Below, one piece after another: positions 18,654-28,230 of a DNA stretch of 64,000 bases; position 1 is the stretch's first letter, and each line of letters opens with the position of its first letter. The stretch lies in the IMG/VR virus record IMGVR_UViG_3300025684_000012; one strand, 5' to 3'. The stretch comes from a virus. The notes beneath the pieces are model-generated. The model was given only the letters and a program-made list of their open reading frames with translations, was not told the origin of the DNA and made no database searches. Both the position numbers and the translations under genes were made by a program.

Positions 18654-19217
18654 TTAAAAGTATGTTGCAGGATCTGGATCACCCTCTATACCGAAAGAGA
18701 ATGACAATCGCGATATACGCGGAAGGATCTGATGGTGAGTTCCTCTAGGCAAGTATACAAACATTCCGGGCTCAAAGTCAATCTCTTCTTCATTATTAAT
18801 TCCCTCAACCTTAATACCTATTGTACTGATGACCTGCACAAGAAATACATCCATTGAGTCTTTGTGGCGCGGATAACTGTCTGACTGTAAACCGAATCCA
18901 GAGAACGCGATGTTGGTGATACTGTTCTTATCACCATGTAAGGCAAATACGTCTTTAAGCTCAGCAACAATGTTTCTAGCAAAATCCGGAGCACTTGGTC
19001 TGCCGTGAAAATTGTTTAGTCCAATACGCATTTTAGTTGTATTCATATCATGGAGCTCAGCTGGGTGAGTATCCATCATATGAATATAGCGGTTCCAATC
19101 ATAGGCATCTTCCATCTTGAATGGCAAGCGGCCTATGAATGGAGTTTTCGTGCGAATTAATTCTTCTTTATCGTCAAATATTCCATAATGTGTAGACATT
19201 ATATAAGGTTCCTTCAA
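18654..19217 (-). CDS. JmjC/cupin-4-type oxygenase
   Basis: HKDSMDVFLVQ...FEPGMFVYLPRGTHH. Confidence 0.75.
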   Translation of the reverse strand: MKEPYIMSTHYGIFDDKEELIRTKTPFIGRLPFKMEDAYDWNRYIHMMDTHPAELHDMNTTKMRIGLNNFHGRPSAPDFARNIVAELKDVFALHGDKNSITNIAFSGFGLQSDSYPRHKDSMDVFLVQVISTIGIKVEGINNEEEIDFEPGMFVYLPRGTHHQILPRISRLSFSFGIEGDPDPATYF

Positions 19218-19628
19218 TTAATTGTTACCTATATTATACTTTGGCTGGAGAACCCAAGCCGACTTATCCTTAAACGAAATAATCTTTATTGTGCGCATCG
19301 GGGCGCAATTTTTAGCTACTTCTTTGTTCACTATCCCAACCAATCCCCAGTCGGATAACAGAGTAGCGATTGTGTTGCGACGCTCCACATCCGATTCCTC
19401 AAGATTAGACTTCTTACCATCAAGCAAGAACAATTCTTTAAAGTGTACTATGAAGTATCTTCCCTGCTTATGGAGTATGTGACAGGATTGGAATAGGGTG
19501 TTATCCCGTCGCGACGCTACACCAATCCGCGTGAGTGTTTCCCGAACTTTAAGAAAATCGTCCGGCTCCGATAATGTTATTTCTAACATCATTTCAGGAT
19601 TCCATTGAACTAAGTTATTTTCTTCCAC
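19218..19628 (-). CDS. regA: Translational repressor RegA
   Basis: DDFLKVRETLTRIGVAS...QSCHILHKQGRYFIVHFKELF. Confidence 0.97.
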   Translation of the reverse strand: MEENNLVQWNPEMMLEITLSEPDDFLKVRETLTRIGVASRRDNTLFQSCHILHKQGRYFIVHFKELFLLDGKKSNLEESDVERRNTIATLLSDWGLVGIVNKEVAKNCAPMRTIKIISFKDKSAWVLQPKYNIGNN

Positions 19629-20028
19629 CTATTGATACCTTATGTAGTATAGACGTTATTTGATCATCCGTGAGTAAATCCGCTACTTGGCGCGCCTTCT
19701 CATCGCTATAACCATAATAACTTTTAATTATATTAATGTTATTTATACCCGCAGATTTGTCCCACTTAGAAAACCTCTTACGCTTACGAACTATATTTAA
19801 GAGAAAGTTATACTGCATATCATCATCTAACTGATGATATTTGTTCATTTCGTTGGCAAAATATATAGTGTCTGGAAAGTATGATAAAGATCTATTCACG
19901 ACAAATGCGTTATAGTATTTAGCGTTTTCCGGGTCTTGACTTATAATATTAACCTTAGTGTCATTTATACTCTTAATAAACTCGAAGGGGGAGAGATTAG
20001 AAGATGTCTTGTTGCTTGCACCAGCCAT
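19615..20028 (-). CDS. 62: Clamp loader small subunit gp62
   Basis: NRSLSYFPDT...ANEMN, RKRKRFSKW, YYGYSDEKA; start MAGAS after AGGA. Confidence 0.92.
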   Translation of the reverse strand: MAGASNKTSSNLSPFEFIKSINDTKVNIISQDPENAKYYNAFVVNRSLSYFPDTIYFANEMNKYHQLDDDMQYNFLLNIVRKRKRFSKWDKSAGINNINIIKSYYGYSDEKARQVADLLTDDQITSILHKVSIGGRK

Positions 20029-20659
20029 TTTTATAATCCTTTTCATAGAGTTTCTTGACGCGCAATTGCTGGATGCGTGTCAACCCATCATTATACAGTT
20101 TAAATTTAGATTCGTTCTTTCTAGTATTTAGCTGTTCTTCAGTCAAGTTGAGCTCACATGCTTCATCCAAAAAAGCTATTAATCTATCCAACTCATCTAT
20201 ATGAACAACCATATCATAATCACGAGGATTACCCATGTACCACGACTGGGTATAGAAGTGATTATTTCTAAGAGATCCAACCTCTATCTCAGATAGTACG
20301 GCTTCTATATTTTCGGCTATATGAGGTAGATCGTGTGGCCTACCCAGCTTAATATGATCAGCGCGCTCCCTCACAATATACTCACATGCCGACTTAAAGC
20401 GATCCAACGGATCCCGTCTAACAGCAATACGATAGCTATTCTTTCTAAACGGAAGGTTGAATTGATCAGCCATCTCCGTTACGCGTCTATATCGATAAGT
20501 TCTACCAACGTAGTCGTCATGCCCCTTATGTATACGAAATATCTCTTTAAGAGAACTCATACCGTTTTTAGGACACAACCGCACATCTATGTTGTTAGGG
20601 AAGTATAACACGTTATCATAAGGAGACATCTCATATTTCGTTATATCGATTGAGGGCAT
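19997..20659 (-). CDS. Sulfotransferase family 2 protein
   Basis: 5'-PSB-like PKNGMSS, 3'-PB-like RDPLDRFKS, HFYTQS. Confidence 0.75.
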   Translation of the reverse strand: MPSIDITKYEMSPYDNVLYFPNNIDVRLCPKNGMSSLKEIFRIHKGHDDYVGRTYRYRRVTEMADQFNLPFRKNSYRIAVRRDPLDRFKSACEYIVRERADHIKLGRPHDLPHIAENIEAVLSEIEVGSLRNNHFYTQSWYMGNPRDYDMVVHIDELDRLIAFLDEACELNLTEEQLNTRKNESKFKLYNDGLTRIQQLRVKKLYEKDYKNGWCKQQDIF

Positions 20660-20662
20660 TTT

Positions 20663-21598
20663 TTATTTTATCTCTACGTTCGCCATGATTTCAGTCATGC
20701 ACGCTACCAAATTAAGTTCGTGATCGGCCACGAACGCATCTTTGTATTGATAATCGGCTAAGATTAGCACCAACTGAGGAATGCTACCTGGAACGACATA
20801 ATCTAACATATTGTCGTAAATTCCACGGAAAATAGCTGCTGGCTCAATATCAATGTTATTTACCACCCATCCGCGCATTTTCTTGAAGTTCTTTTCCTTA
20901 ATAGACAAAAAAAGATCGGGGAAGGCTGTGGACACATTTGATGTAACGGTGGTATTGAGCGTACCAGAAATACTGCCGCGTTGACATTCGTTGAGCACAC
21001 GACGCCAATCTGGTGCATGCTTCATGATGATATTAGCTACGGTCGTGTCTTCGTACGACACACCCTCCTCAGACAGTATGTCTTTGAGACGCTTCATAAA
21101 CTGACCGCATAGCTGAGCCATCGTCTTCTTATCGAAGTTAAACTCGTAGGCACTACAACGTGAGTGTAGAGGTTCTATGATTTTATTCTTAAAGTTACAG
21201 GTCATGATAAACCGGCAATTGTTACTGAACTCCTCGATGAAGTTACGCAGCGCCGGCTGAGTCGATTGTGGGTTGAGATAGTCGGCCTCGTCTAAGATCA
21301 CTACTTTATACCCACCTTGCAGTGAAACGCTTGAGGCAAACTGCTTAATCTTACCCCGCAGAGTGTCGATGTTGCCATCAGCTGAGGCATTGATCACGAT
21401 GTAATCTAATCCCAATTCTTCACATAGCGCTTTAGCTATTGTTGTTTTACCGGTACCAGCTGTACCCGAGAATATCATGTTGGGTAGCTCGCCACCAGCA
21501 ACAATCTTTAGGAAGGTGTTTTTGAGTTCGGGAGGTAGGATAGTTTCGGAAACTTTTCCAGGACGGTACTTTTCGACCCACAAGAAGTCTTTGCTCAT
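20663..21598 (-). CDS. 44: Clamp loader large subunit gp44
   Basis: LWVEKYRP, GTAGTGKT, DEADYL, LHSRC. Confidence 0.97.
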   Translation of the reverse strand: MSKDFLWVEKYRPGKVSETILPPELKNTFLKIVAGGELPNMIFSGTAGTGKTTIAKALCEELGLDYIVINASADGNIDTLRGKIKQFASSVSLQGGYKVVILDEADYLNPQSTQPALRNFIEEFSNNCRFIMTCNFKNKIIEPLHSRCSAYEFNFDKKTMAQLCGQFMKRLKDILSEEGVSYEDTTVANIIMKHAPDWRRVLNECQRGSISGTLNTTVTSNVSTAFPDLFLSIKEKNFKKMRGWVVNNIDIEPAAIFRGIYDNMLDYVVPGSIPQLVLILADYQYKDAFVADHELNLVACMTEIMANVEIK

Positions 21599-21647
21599 TG
21601 GTAATCCTCATAATAAAATAAATAGTTGTAGTAGCACAACTTCAGTA

Positions 21648-21676
21648 ATTATACCGCGTTATGCGGTCAATGTCCA
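21648..21676 (-). promoter_or_regulatory. sigma70-type promoter of gene 44
   Basis: TGGACA-N17-TATAAT. Confidence 0.6.
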
Positions 21677-22188
21677 GCTTTTTTGTATACCCATCCAATA
21701 AGGGAGTATCGCCCTCCAGACTGTATGGGTTCAACCATGTGCTTGTATCCAGTCGAAAAAAACGTGCATACGCCAACACGCTTGGGTACAGGTATGGTGT
21801 CTACGTAAAGACTACCTCCCTCATAACCCGAGTTTAAGTTAACGCTGAAATTGTATACCCGCTCATTCTCGTATGGAGGATCATACTCAAACCAAGGTCG
21901 ATCTCTGTGCCATCCAACCCCTTCCTCTGGTTGATAGTTAGAAATGAATATCTCCATTATGTGCGGTTCAAAGTTATCAATGCCTAGATCCGAACACACG
22001 GATTGATGCTCGTCGAACAGCATTGAAGATACTAATTGCCGCACACCTGAATCTTGTATCTGAAGAAGGCGCTGATAACGAGACTCATGACCCCAATCTA
22101 ACCTAAAAGTGTCAGAGTAATTAACCTCATAAAATCGAAGTAACTCATCACACTCATGACTGGAGAAAAAGTCTCGTTGTGTAAACAT
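21667..22188 (-). CDS. 2OG-Fe(II) oxygenase
   Basis: WHRD...SVNLN..YEGG...HMVEPI..G.RYSL. Confidence 0.85.
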   Translation of the reverse strand: MFTQRDFFSSHECDELLRFYEVNYSDTFRLDWGHESRYQRLLQIQDSGVRQLVSSMLFDEHQSVCSDLGIDNFEPHIMEIFISNYQPEEGVGWHRDRPWFEYDPPYENERVYNFSVNLNSGYEGGSLYVDTIPVPKRVGVCTFFSTGYKHMVEPIQSGGRYSLIGWVYKKAGH

Positions 22189-22721
22189 TAGAGAGACTGC
22201 AGATAATTTATCACTGCCTGAGGACTGGTTTCACCGTATGGATCAGTGGTACAGTTATCCTCAATTCCTGGCTCAACGAAAAACTTCTCAACAACGAAAT
22301 CGTCAACGATCATTGCATACCGCCACGATCTCTTACCAAAGCCGAGATTGCATTTGTCTACCAGCATATCCATACCCTTGGTAAATTCACCATTACCGTC
22401 AGGAATGAACTTGATAGCATCTAAAGCGTTTTGCTCAACCATCCACTTACGCATCGTGAAGGTATCGTTAACAGAGATAACATAGATCTCATCTATACCA
22501 AACGATTTGATAAGCTCGGCGTTCTCAACGAACCCCGGAACCTGCATTGTGGAGCACGTGGGGGTGAATGCTCCTGGGAGAGAAAAAATCAGCACACGTT
22601 TGTCTGTAAAGACGTCAACGGCTAGCAGTTCGTCCCACCGAAAAGGGTTGTCCCCTTCGATCGAATCATCTCTGACCCTAATGGGCCAGTTAGTTCTTGG
22701 TACTCTTTTACCAACTGTCAT
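22188..22721 (-). CDS. Peroxiredoxin (Prx5/redoxin type)
   Basis: SLPGAFTPTCS, SVNDTF, PDGNGEF, RSWRYAM. Confidence 0.93.
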   Translation of the reverse strand: MTVGKRVPRTNWPIRVRDDSIEGDNPFRWDELLAVDVFTDKRVLIFSLPGAFTPTCSTMQVPGFVENAELIKSFGIDEIYVISVNDTFTMRKWMVEQNALDAIKFIPDGNGEFTKGMDMLVDKCNLGFGKRSWRYAMIVDDFVVEKFFVEPGIEDNCTTDPYGETSPQAVINYLQSL

Positions 22722-22738
22722 AATATAACCTTTATGTT

Positions 22739-22804
<66 letters not shown>

Positions 22805-22814
<10 letters not shown>

Positions 22815-23047
22815 GATTTATTCTTAGACTTACGGTGTTCTATAATAGAACGTACTATATATATTCGAGTAAACGCTGCTATAGAGAACCAGCATGTTAC
22901 TATGTTTGAGATCCAAAACGGATCAGTTATATTCCAATTGTCTATTATAATCCATAGGAATAAAATATTCAACGGGTAGTTTATCAACGTACCCATTAAA
23001 ACGTGGATCGATGTTTCTTTTGCAATCTCTTTATTAAATTTAATCAT
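22805..23047 (-). CDS. Small two-TM membrane protein
   Basis: 80-aa hydrophobic ORF; stop codon lies inside the tRNA. Confidence 0.65.
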
Positions 23048-23051
23048 AACG

Positions 23052-23076
23052 TAAAATGGGGGGCTTGGCCCCCCAT
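23052..23076 (-). terminator. Rho-independent terminator
   Basis: ATGGGGGG-CCAAG-CCCCCCAT followed by TTT. Confidence 0.7.
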
Positions 23077-23079
23077 CAA

Positions 23080-23229
23080 CTACTTCCTTTTATTCGTCCC
23101 CTGGCTGTCGGGTTCTTTAGAGAACCCTCCGACACCCGCACCCCCTGAAGAGGATTTCTTCGAAGACCTTTTGCGTAACAAAAATACTGTTACAGCGACA
23201 ATTGCTACAAAACCGATGATTAACTCCAT
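23080..23229 (-). CDS. Small late single-pass membrane protein (49 aa), absent from ORF track
   Basis: AGGAG Shine-Dalgarno; MELIIGFVAIVAVTVFLLRKRSSKKSSSGGAGVGGFSKEPDSQGTNKRK*. Confidence 0.7.
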   Translation of the reverse strand: MELIIGFVAIVAVTVFLLRKRSSKKSSSGGAGVGGFSKEPDSQGTNKRK

Positions 23230-23260
23230 AACCTTCTCCTATGTTAGTTGTCACCAACCG

Positions 23261-23268
23261 TATTTATA
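23261..23268 (-). promoter_or_regulatory. T4-type late promoter
   Basis: TATAAATA. Confidence 0.8.
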
Positions 23269-23280
23269 ATATAATTGCTA

Positions 23281-23487
23281 TTAAGCACTCTGCTGGGAAA
23301 CAGTCTCGTACAAGGCTACTGCCTGTACAGCCTGATCGCGCAGCTGACCGATAGTGGTTAGCTCCTCGCCTTTGAACGCTCCTCGCGTTACCATTGTATC
23401 GATGATTGCGACAGTAGAACGAGCAATACGGTTCGCCAAATCATTCAATTGTTGTTGTTCAGGGGTTACTTTTGTTTTAGTAGACAT
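23281..23487 (-). CDS. Conserved hypothetical protein
   Basis: IIDTMVTRGAFKGEELTTIGQLR motif; downstream of gene 45. Confidence 0.7.
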   Translation of the reverse strand: MSTKTKVTPEQQQLNDLANRIARSTVAIIDTMVTRGAFKGEELTTIGQLRDQAVQAVALYETVSQQSA

Positions 23488-23491
23488 AATG

Positions 23492-24169
23492 TTATGCTCC
23501 GTAAGTTGACGCTTTCTCTAGCGCAATAAAATATACAATATTTGAGTCGAGTGATTTGAACTTCGAAATCATTCTCGAGCTCGCTTCAACCTCATAGTCC
23601 TCGTTGATCAGCTTTAGATTATCAACCGAGAATACCAGGTTAAAATCTGAATCCTCTGGGTACTGTCCATCAACAATAACAGAGAATGAATTCGATGTAT
23701 TGTCCTTAGGATCTACTACACTCAGCTGGATAGAACCACCGGATGGAGTTACTGAGATCTCCTTGTGTCCTAATGCAGATGACGCTCTTTTAATTTGCTG
23801 CAGCACATTAACATTAAGAATAAACTTAACTTCACACGGAGGCATCTCAATGTCCTTCTTCGGATAAGATAGCATCTCTCTATCTGAATAGAAGTACTTG
23901 ATAGACGATAACCCAGACGCATCCGATACTGTACAGTAGTTGTCGGAGAATGTAATCTGCGGATTATTTACCAATCCAATAACGGACAAGAATTCCGCTA
24001 AGTCATATACCCCAAACGATTGTGGAAAGGTTTCTTCAATTGTCGCACTCGAAACTAAGTTTCGGGCAGCCGACATAGTCTTAATAGTGTTACCGCTATC
24101 AACCACCAGATTGGCATTGATAGAGGAGAAGTTACGAAGAATGTCGATAGTTCGTGTTGATAGTTGCAT
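23492..24169 (-). CDS. 45: Sliding clamp gp45
   Basis: MQLS..TIDILRNFSSIN, FGVYDLAEFLS, YFIALE. Confidence 0.95.
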   Translation of the reverse strand: MQLSTRTIDILRNFSSINANLVVDSGNTIKTMSAARNLVSSATIEETFPQSFGVYDLAEFLSVIGLVNNPQITFSDNYCTVSDASGLSSIKYFYSDREMLSYPKKDIEMPPCEVKFILNVNVLQQIKRASSALGHKEISVTPSGGSIQLSVVDPKDNTSNSFSVIVDGQYPEDSDFNLVFSVDNLKLINEDYEVEASSRMISKFKSLDSNIVYFIALEKASTYGA

Positions 24170-24202
24170 GGATATACTTCCTCAATTCATAATGTAGTGG
24201 GT

Positions 24203-24231
24203 ATTATACCCAAGTTAATTGTAATAATCAA
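24203..24231 (-). promoter_or_regulatory. sigma70-type promoter of gene 45
   Basis: TTGATT-N17-TATAAT. Confidence 0.65.
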
Positions 24232-25952
24232 GTTATTTCTTTCATCTTGCTGAAATTCTTATCTTTAAAGAACTCCACTTTACGCTCAAAATGTGCATCC
24301 TCGAGCTCGCTCTTGTGAGAGATAACAAACACGTTGGTATCCTCTTTGAGGCTTTCGATGATCTTCATTAGGTTGTCGACACCATCATCATCCAATGACG
24401 AATCGAACGTCTCGTCCAACACAAGAAGATTGGTTGATACCGAGTTCTTCATCTTGGCAATTGTACGCCAAGTAAACAATAAAGACAAGTCTATGCGCTG
24501 TTTCTCACCCTCAGAGAATGAATCGTACGAAAACGAGTCTCTGAAGCGAGAGCGTATAGTCTCATTAAAACTTTCATTCAACTCGAAGTGAACGAAGAAA
24601 TCTAAGATCTGCAGATACTTATTTGTGAGCTCATTGATCACTGGAACATATTGTTTGATGATCTTTGTCTTAATACCCGTGTCGCGCAGTAATTCGCCGG
24701 CTATACGGTTGTATGACGCCCTCTCATTCAATATATACTTACCATCGGTGAGTTGTAGTTGCTCGTCCTCTAACGACTGCAGATCGGTGTTTGCTTTTGA
24801 CATATCGCCATCGCTATCAGCCATCGCAGTTAGGTCGGATCTGATCTTGTCACAATTGCGATTGAGTCTCTCTATAGTTTGTTGGTTGTTGTTCAACATA
24901 TTCTGATCAGTGAGTATAGATTGCAACTGTATCTCTAGATCACCAATCTTAGTGTTAAATATCTCCAGCTGAGCGTCAGCTTTATCCATCGCCACCTTGA
25001 GGGTCCTAGCTTTTTCAGCAGCACCTTCTCTTTTACTTTGACGTAGCTCTATACCAATTACTTGGTCGCAGGTAGGACAACTTTCATTATCCTCGAAGAA
25101 CTTAGCCTCCTTAACCACTGCCTTGACCTTGGTATTAAACTGAGCGTTGTACTGCTCAAGCTTCTGCTTGCTCTCACGCACCCCAGCTAGCTCCGCCGTA
25201 ACAACAGGTAACATGGTACTAACGCTATCCGCCAGTCCTGTATTAGCGTCGTTAAGGCTTGTTATCTCCTGCTGTAGCTCCGCTATCTCAGCTTCCTTCT
25301 CCTTGCGGTGCTGGGTATTAATCGCTGTTAGATCGCGGATATATTTCTTCTGGGCCGCAATCTTAGTTTTAACTACTTCAATCGAATGGGTGTTTGTCTC
25401 GATTTCGGTTTTGAGCTGAGCTGACTTCTCTTTAAGAATTGTATTCATTTTACTGAATATATTAATATCGAGTAGATCTTCAATCACATCTCTGCGTGAA
25501 GATGAGTTCAGCTGCATGAACGGAACGAACGAAGATGAGCCGAGAACAACAATTTGGTGAAAAGATTTGTGTGACATTTGCAGCACATTCTTCTCTAGAA
25601 TCTCCTGATACTCTTTAGCATGAGAGCTCTGGTTGATCATAACATCATCTTTCCAGATCTCAAATACAGCCGGCTTGATCCCACGTCGGACACGGTAGTC
25701 TCGTGCGCCTACGGTGAACTCAACCTCAACCACGCATCCCTTATTGTTGATGGAATTTACCAGCTGGCCCTTAGTAATGTTTCGGTGAGACTTACCAAAC
25801 AGCGCAAACGACAGGGCGTCCAACATAGTCGACTTACCTGCACCATTCTCGCCAACAATTAAATTGGTGCTGGCCTTAGTGAAGTCTATCTCACTGTAAT
25901 AGTTTCCAGTCGAAAGAAAGTTCTTCCAACGGAGTTTACGAAATATTATCAT
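24228..25952 (-). CDS. 46: Rad50/SbcC-like recombination ATPase gp46
   Basis: GENGAGKS, CPTC zinc hook, FSEGEK, LDETFD, ISH. Confidence 0.97.
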   Translation of the reverse strand: MIIFRKLRWKNFLSTGNYYSEIDFTKASTNLIVGENGAGKSTMLDALSFALFGKSHRNITKGQLVNSINNKGCVVEVEFTVGARDYRVRRGIKPAVFEIWKDDVMINQSSHAKEYQEILEKNVLQMSHKSFHQIVVLGSSSFVPFMQLNSSSRRDVIEDLLDINIFSKMNTILKEKSAQLKTEIETNTHSIEVVKTKIAAQKKYIRDLTAINTQHRKEKEAEIAELQQEITSLNDANTGLADSVSTMLPVVTAELAGVRESKQKLEQYNAQFNTKVKAVVKEAKFFEDNESCPTCDQVIGIELRQSKREGAAEKARTLKVAMDKADAQLEIFNTKIGDLEIQLQSILTDQNMLNNNQQTIERLNRNCDKIRSDLTAMADSDGDMSKANTDLQSLEDEQLQLTDGKYILNERASYNRIAGELLRDTGIKTKIIKQYVPVINELTNKYLQILDFFVHFELNESFNETIRSRFRDSFSYDSFSEGEKQRIDLSLLFTWRTIAKMKNSVSTNLLVLDETFDSSLDDDGVDNLMKIIESLKEDTNVFVISHKSELEDAHFERKVEFFKDKNFSKMKEIT

Positions 25953-27007
25953 GCTATTTCTACACTCTGTGCTTCAATCATTAGATCGGAAACAACCGAC
26001 TTAATGCGGTCTTTATCCAAGTCGGTATCAACTTCTTGTATATAATTGTATATCAAAGTCTCTGTATCATCAACCTTTAAATCTTCGTCTCGTACGTTTT
26101 CACCACGAAACTCATTAAAGTCTTCAGCGATCTTGAGTTCATATATCTTCTGCTGTTGAATCCGGTCAATGTATCGCTCGAATTTCTTCATGTCAGACCG
26201 ATTAGTTACTATAACTTTGACGAACTTGTTGTCTAGGTAGCTAAGATCTTCGAAGTGATTGACTCTTGTTTCATCGTAATATACCTTATGAAAAATAGTC
26301 TCGGGGTTTTGCACAGGGATTAGTTGACGCGTCTCTGTATCATATATGTGGAAATATTTTGCATCGTGAGCATCGCTCCACATAAATTCCATCTGTGAAC
26401 CTAGGTAGTGTATATTACCTTGGTTCGACTTAGTGTGGAAGTGACCAGATATAACAAGCTCAAATGGTGTCAGAGGCTTAGCATCCATACCGTCGCGGCA
26501 CACATGACCAGCATCCATCTCAAAGCCGCCTAGCTCAAAGTGCCCAGCTATCACGTCAGCCCCGCAAGTCTCTAAGAACTTCATGGAGCGATCATAATTA
26601 TCCGAACATATCCATGGGACCAATCCAAAATTGACGTCACCATAAGTACGCACTGTAGGATCCATTATGATATCAACTTCGTTGATGTAGTGTCCCATCA
26701 ACTCCTTGAGAGAGTTGAGGTTATTGGTATTTTTATAGAACGTATCGTGGTTACCTGGAATGATATCCATGGTAATACCATACTCACGTAACTTAGATAG
26801 AAACACTCTACGATTGTGGTGCAGCGCCTTGAGGTTGATAGTCTTACGATTATCATAGTAATCACCCAGGTGCAGAATCTGATCTATGTTGTTCTCTAGC
26901 AAATATGGAAAGAATACATCGCGGTAGAAACGCTCCTGATATTCCATAAAAATATCGGAGGAATTTCTAACGCCGCAATGTGTATCGTTTAGAATTGCGA
27001 GCTTCAT
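25949..27007 (-). CDS. 47: Mre11/SbcD-like nuclease gp47
   Basis: DTH, LGDYYD, GNHD, SGHFH. Confidence 0.97.
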   Translation of the reverse strand: MKLAILNDTHCGVRNSSDIFMEYQERFYRDVFFPYLLENNIDQILHLGDYYDNRKTINLKALHHNRRVFLSKLREYGITMDIIPGNHDTFYKNTNNLNSLKELMGHYINEVDIIMDPTVRTYGDVNFGLVPWICSDNYDRSMKFLETCGADVIAGHFELGGFEMDAGHVCRDGMDAKPLTPFELVISGHFHTKSNQGNIHYLGSQMEFMWSDAHDAKYFHIYDTETRQLIPVQNPETIFHKVYYDETRVNHFEDLSYLDNKFVKVIVTNRSDMKKFERYIDRIQQQKIYELKIAEDFNEFRGENVRDEDLKVDDTETLIYNYIQEVDTDLDKDRIKSVVSDLMIEAQSVEIA

Positions 27008-27036
27008 AATATACCTATTTAACTATAATGATCGAT

Positions 27037-27065
27037 ATTATACCAAAATATCGCTATTTAGTCAA
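27037..27065 (-). promoter_or_regulatory. sigma70-type promoter of 47-46
   Basis: TTGACT-N17-TATAAT. Confidence 0.8.
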
Positions 27066-27079
27066 GCGTTTTATTCAAA

Positions 27080-27664
27080 TCAGTCGAGAAAATCTGACAG
27101 GTCTGAATCGACGATCACGGCTCGGCGCTTTCGTTTCCGTTCTTCCTTGGCATACTCTTTGAACTGGTTATCAGCCTCTTTGACCACATCTATCCGTTGG
27201 CGTAACGAATCTAGGAACGGAGAGTTTTGCTCCGCATCAGATCCATCATCCTCGAATATAAACTCTGATAGATCAGCTTCTGATATAAACTTCATCTTAA
27301 TGTCTTGCTGCTTCTTCTCTTTCTGAATGCGACGCAGAAAGGCGTACCAAGATATCTGTGTGAAGTAAGCGAACGCATTGGGTAGCCCAGATCGAGTTGC
27401 TGCCTCTAGGTTATAGTTTTCAATTGCCTTCAAGCAATTTTCTACAGCATCCATTACCATTTCTTCACGGTACGTATATCTCACGAAGTTGGCTTTATGG
27501 GATAACCCCTCAGCAATACGCAAGAAACATTGTGCGATGTAATCAGGAACTATTGGACGATTATTACCAGCGTCTAGTTGCTCCTTACAGCTCACACAAT
27601 ACTCCACTACCGCGGTAGAGAATTCCTTATTGTTCACATAATGTGGCTTTTCTTTAGCTTTCAT
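27080..27664 (-). CDS. 55: Late-transcription sigma factor gp55
   Basis: HYVNNKEF, IAEGLSHKANF..YTYREEMVMD, NAFAYFTQI..AFLRRI.KEKKQ. Confidence 0.96.
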   Translation of the reverse strand: MKAKEKPHYVNNKEFSTAVVEYCVSCKEQLDAGNNRPIVPDYIAQCFLRIAEGLSHKANFVRYTYREEMVMDAVENCLKAIENYNLEAATRSGLPNAFAYFTQISWYAFLRRIQKEKKQQDIKMKFISEADLSEFIFEDDGSDAEQNSPFLDSLRQRIDVVKEADNQFKEYAKEERKRKRRAVIVDSDLSDFLD

Positions 27665-27676
27665 AATTCACCTATA

Positions 27677-28096
27677 TTAATCTAGTATCACAGACCCTAC
27701 AATTCGCCTGCGTAAGTCACTTGAAGAGAATCTATGATCTCTCTTGTTATAGTATATCTCAATTCCACGTTTAGCACAAGTGGCACGCCCCGTAAACGTA
27801 GTATCTTTATACTCAACACCAATTATTCTTACGTCAATATTGATCATGTTGAGAATATCAACCAGATCATCTTCACTCTGGTAAGGAATGATTTCGTCAA
27901 CATATTTGATTGCGGCCAATTGAACGTGACGCTCCACTAAAGTTTGAATAGGGGCGTTTTTCTCCGGTCGATCTATTGACGGATCCACCTGTAGACCACA
28001 TATCAAATAGTCGCATTGTTCCTTAGCTTCTCTCAGCATTTCAACATGACCCGAGTGAAGTAAATCAAAGGTGCTGCATGTAAAACCTACTCTCAT
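27677..28096 (-). CDS. Cytidylyltransferase (TagD/glycerol-3-phosphate type)
   Basis: FDLLHSGH (HxGH), C-terminal R..RFSSSDLR. Confidence 0.9.
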   Translation of the reverse strand: MRVGFTCSTFDLLHSGHVEMLREAKEQCDYLICGLQVDPSIDRPEKNAPIQTLVERHVQLAAIKYVDEIIPYQSEDDLVDILNMINIDVRIIGVEYKDTTFTGRATCAKRGIEIYYNKRDHRFSSSDLRRRIVGSVILD

Positions 28097-28129
28097 AAAA
28101 ATTAATTACCCATTATTATCAGTCATTGT

Positions 28130-28158
28130 ATTATACTACAGTTGATCCTAGAAGTAAA
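28130..28158 (-). promoter_or_regulatory. sigma70-type promoter
   Basis: TTTACT-N17-TATAAT. Confidence 0.75.
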
Positions 28159-28171
28159 GGAAAAAAATAAG

Positions 28172-28200
28172 TTGACTGTTCGCGATTCATGGCGTATAAT
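28172..28200 (+). promoter_or_regulatory. Antisense sigma70-type promoter
   Basis: TTGACT-N17-TATAAT on the plus strand, with upstream A-tract. Confidence 0.7.
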
Positions 28201-28230
28201 ATCATTTGTGGTTGAAGAGGGGAATATAAG

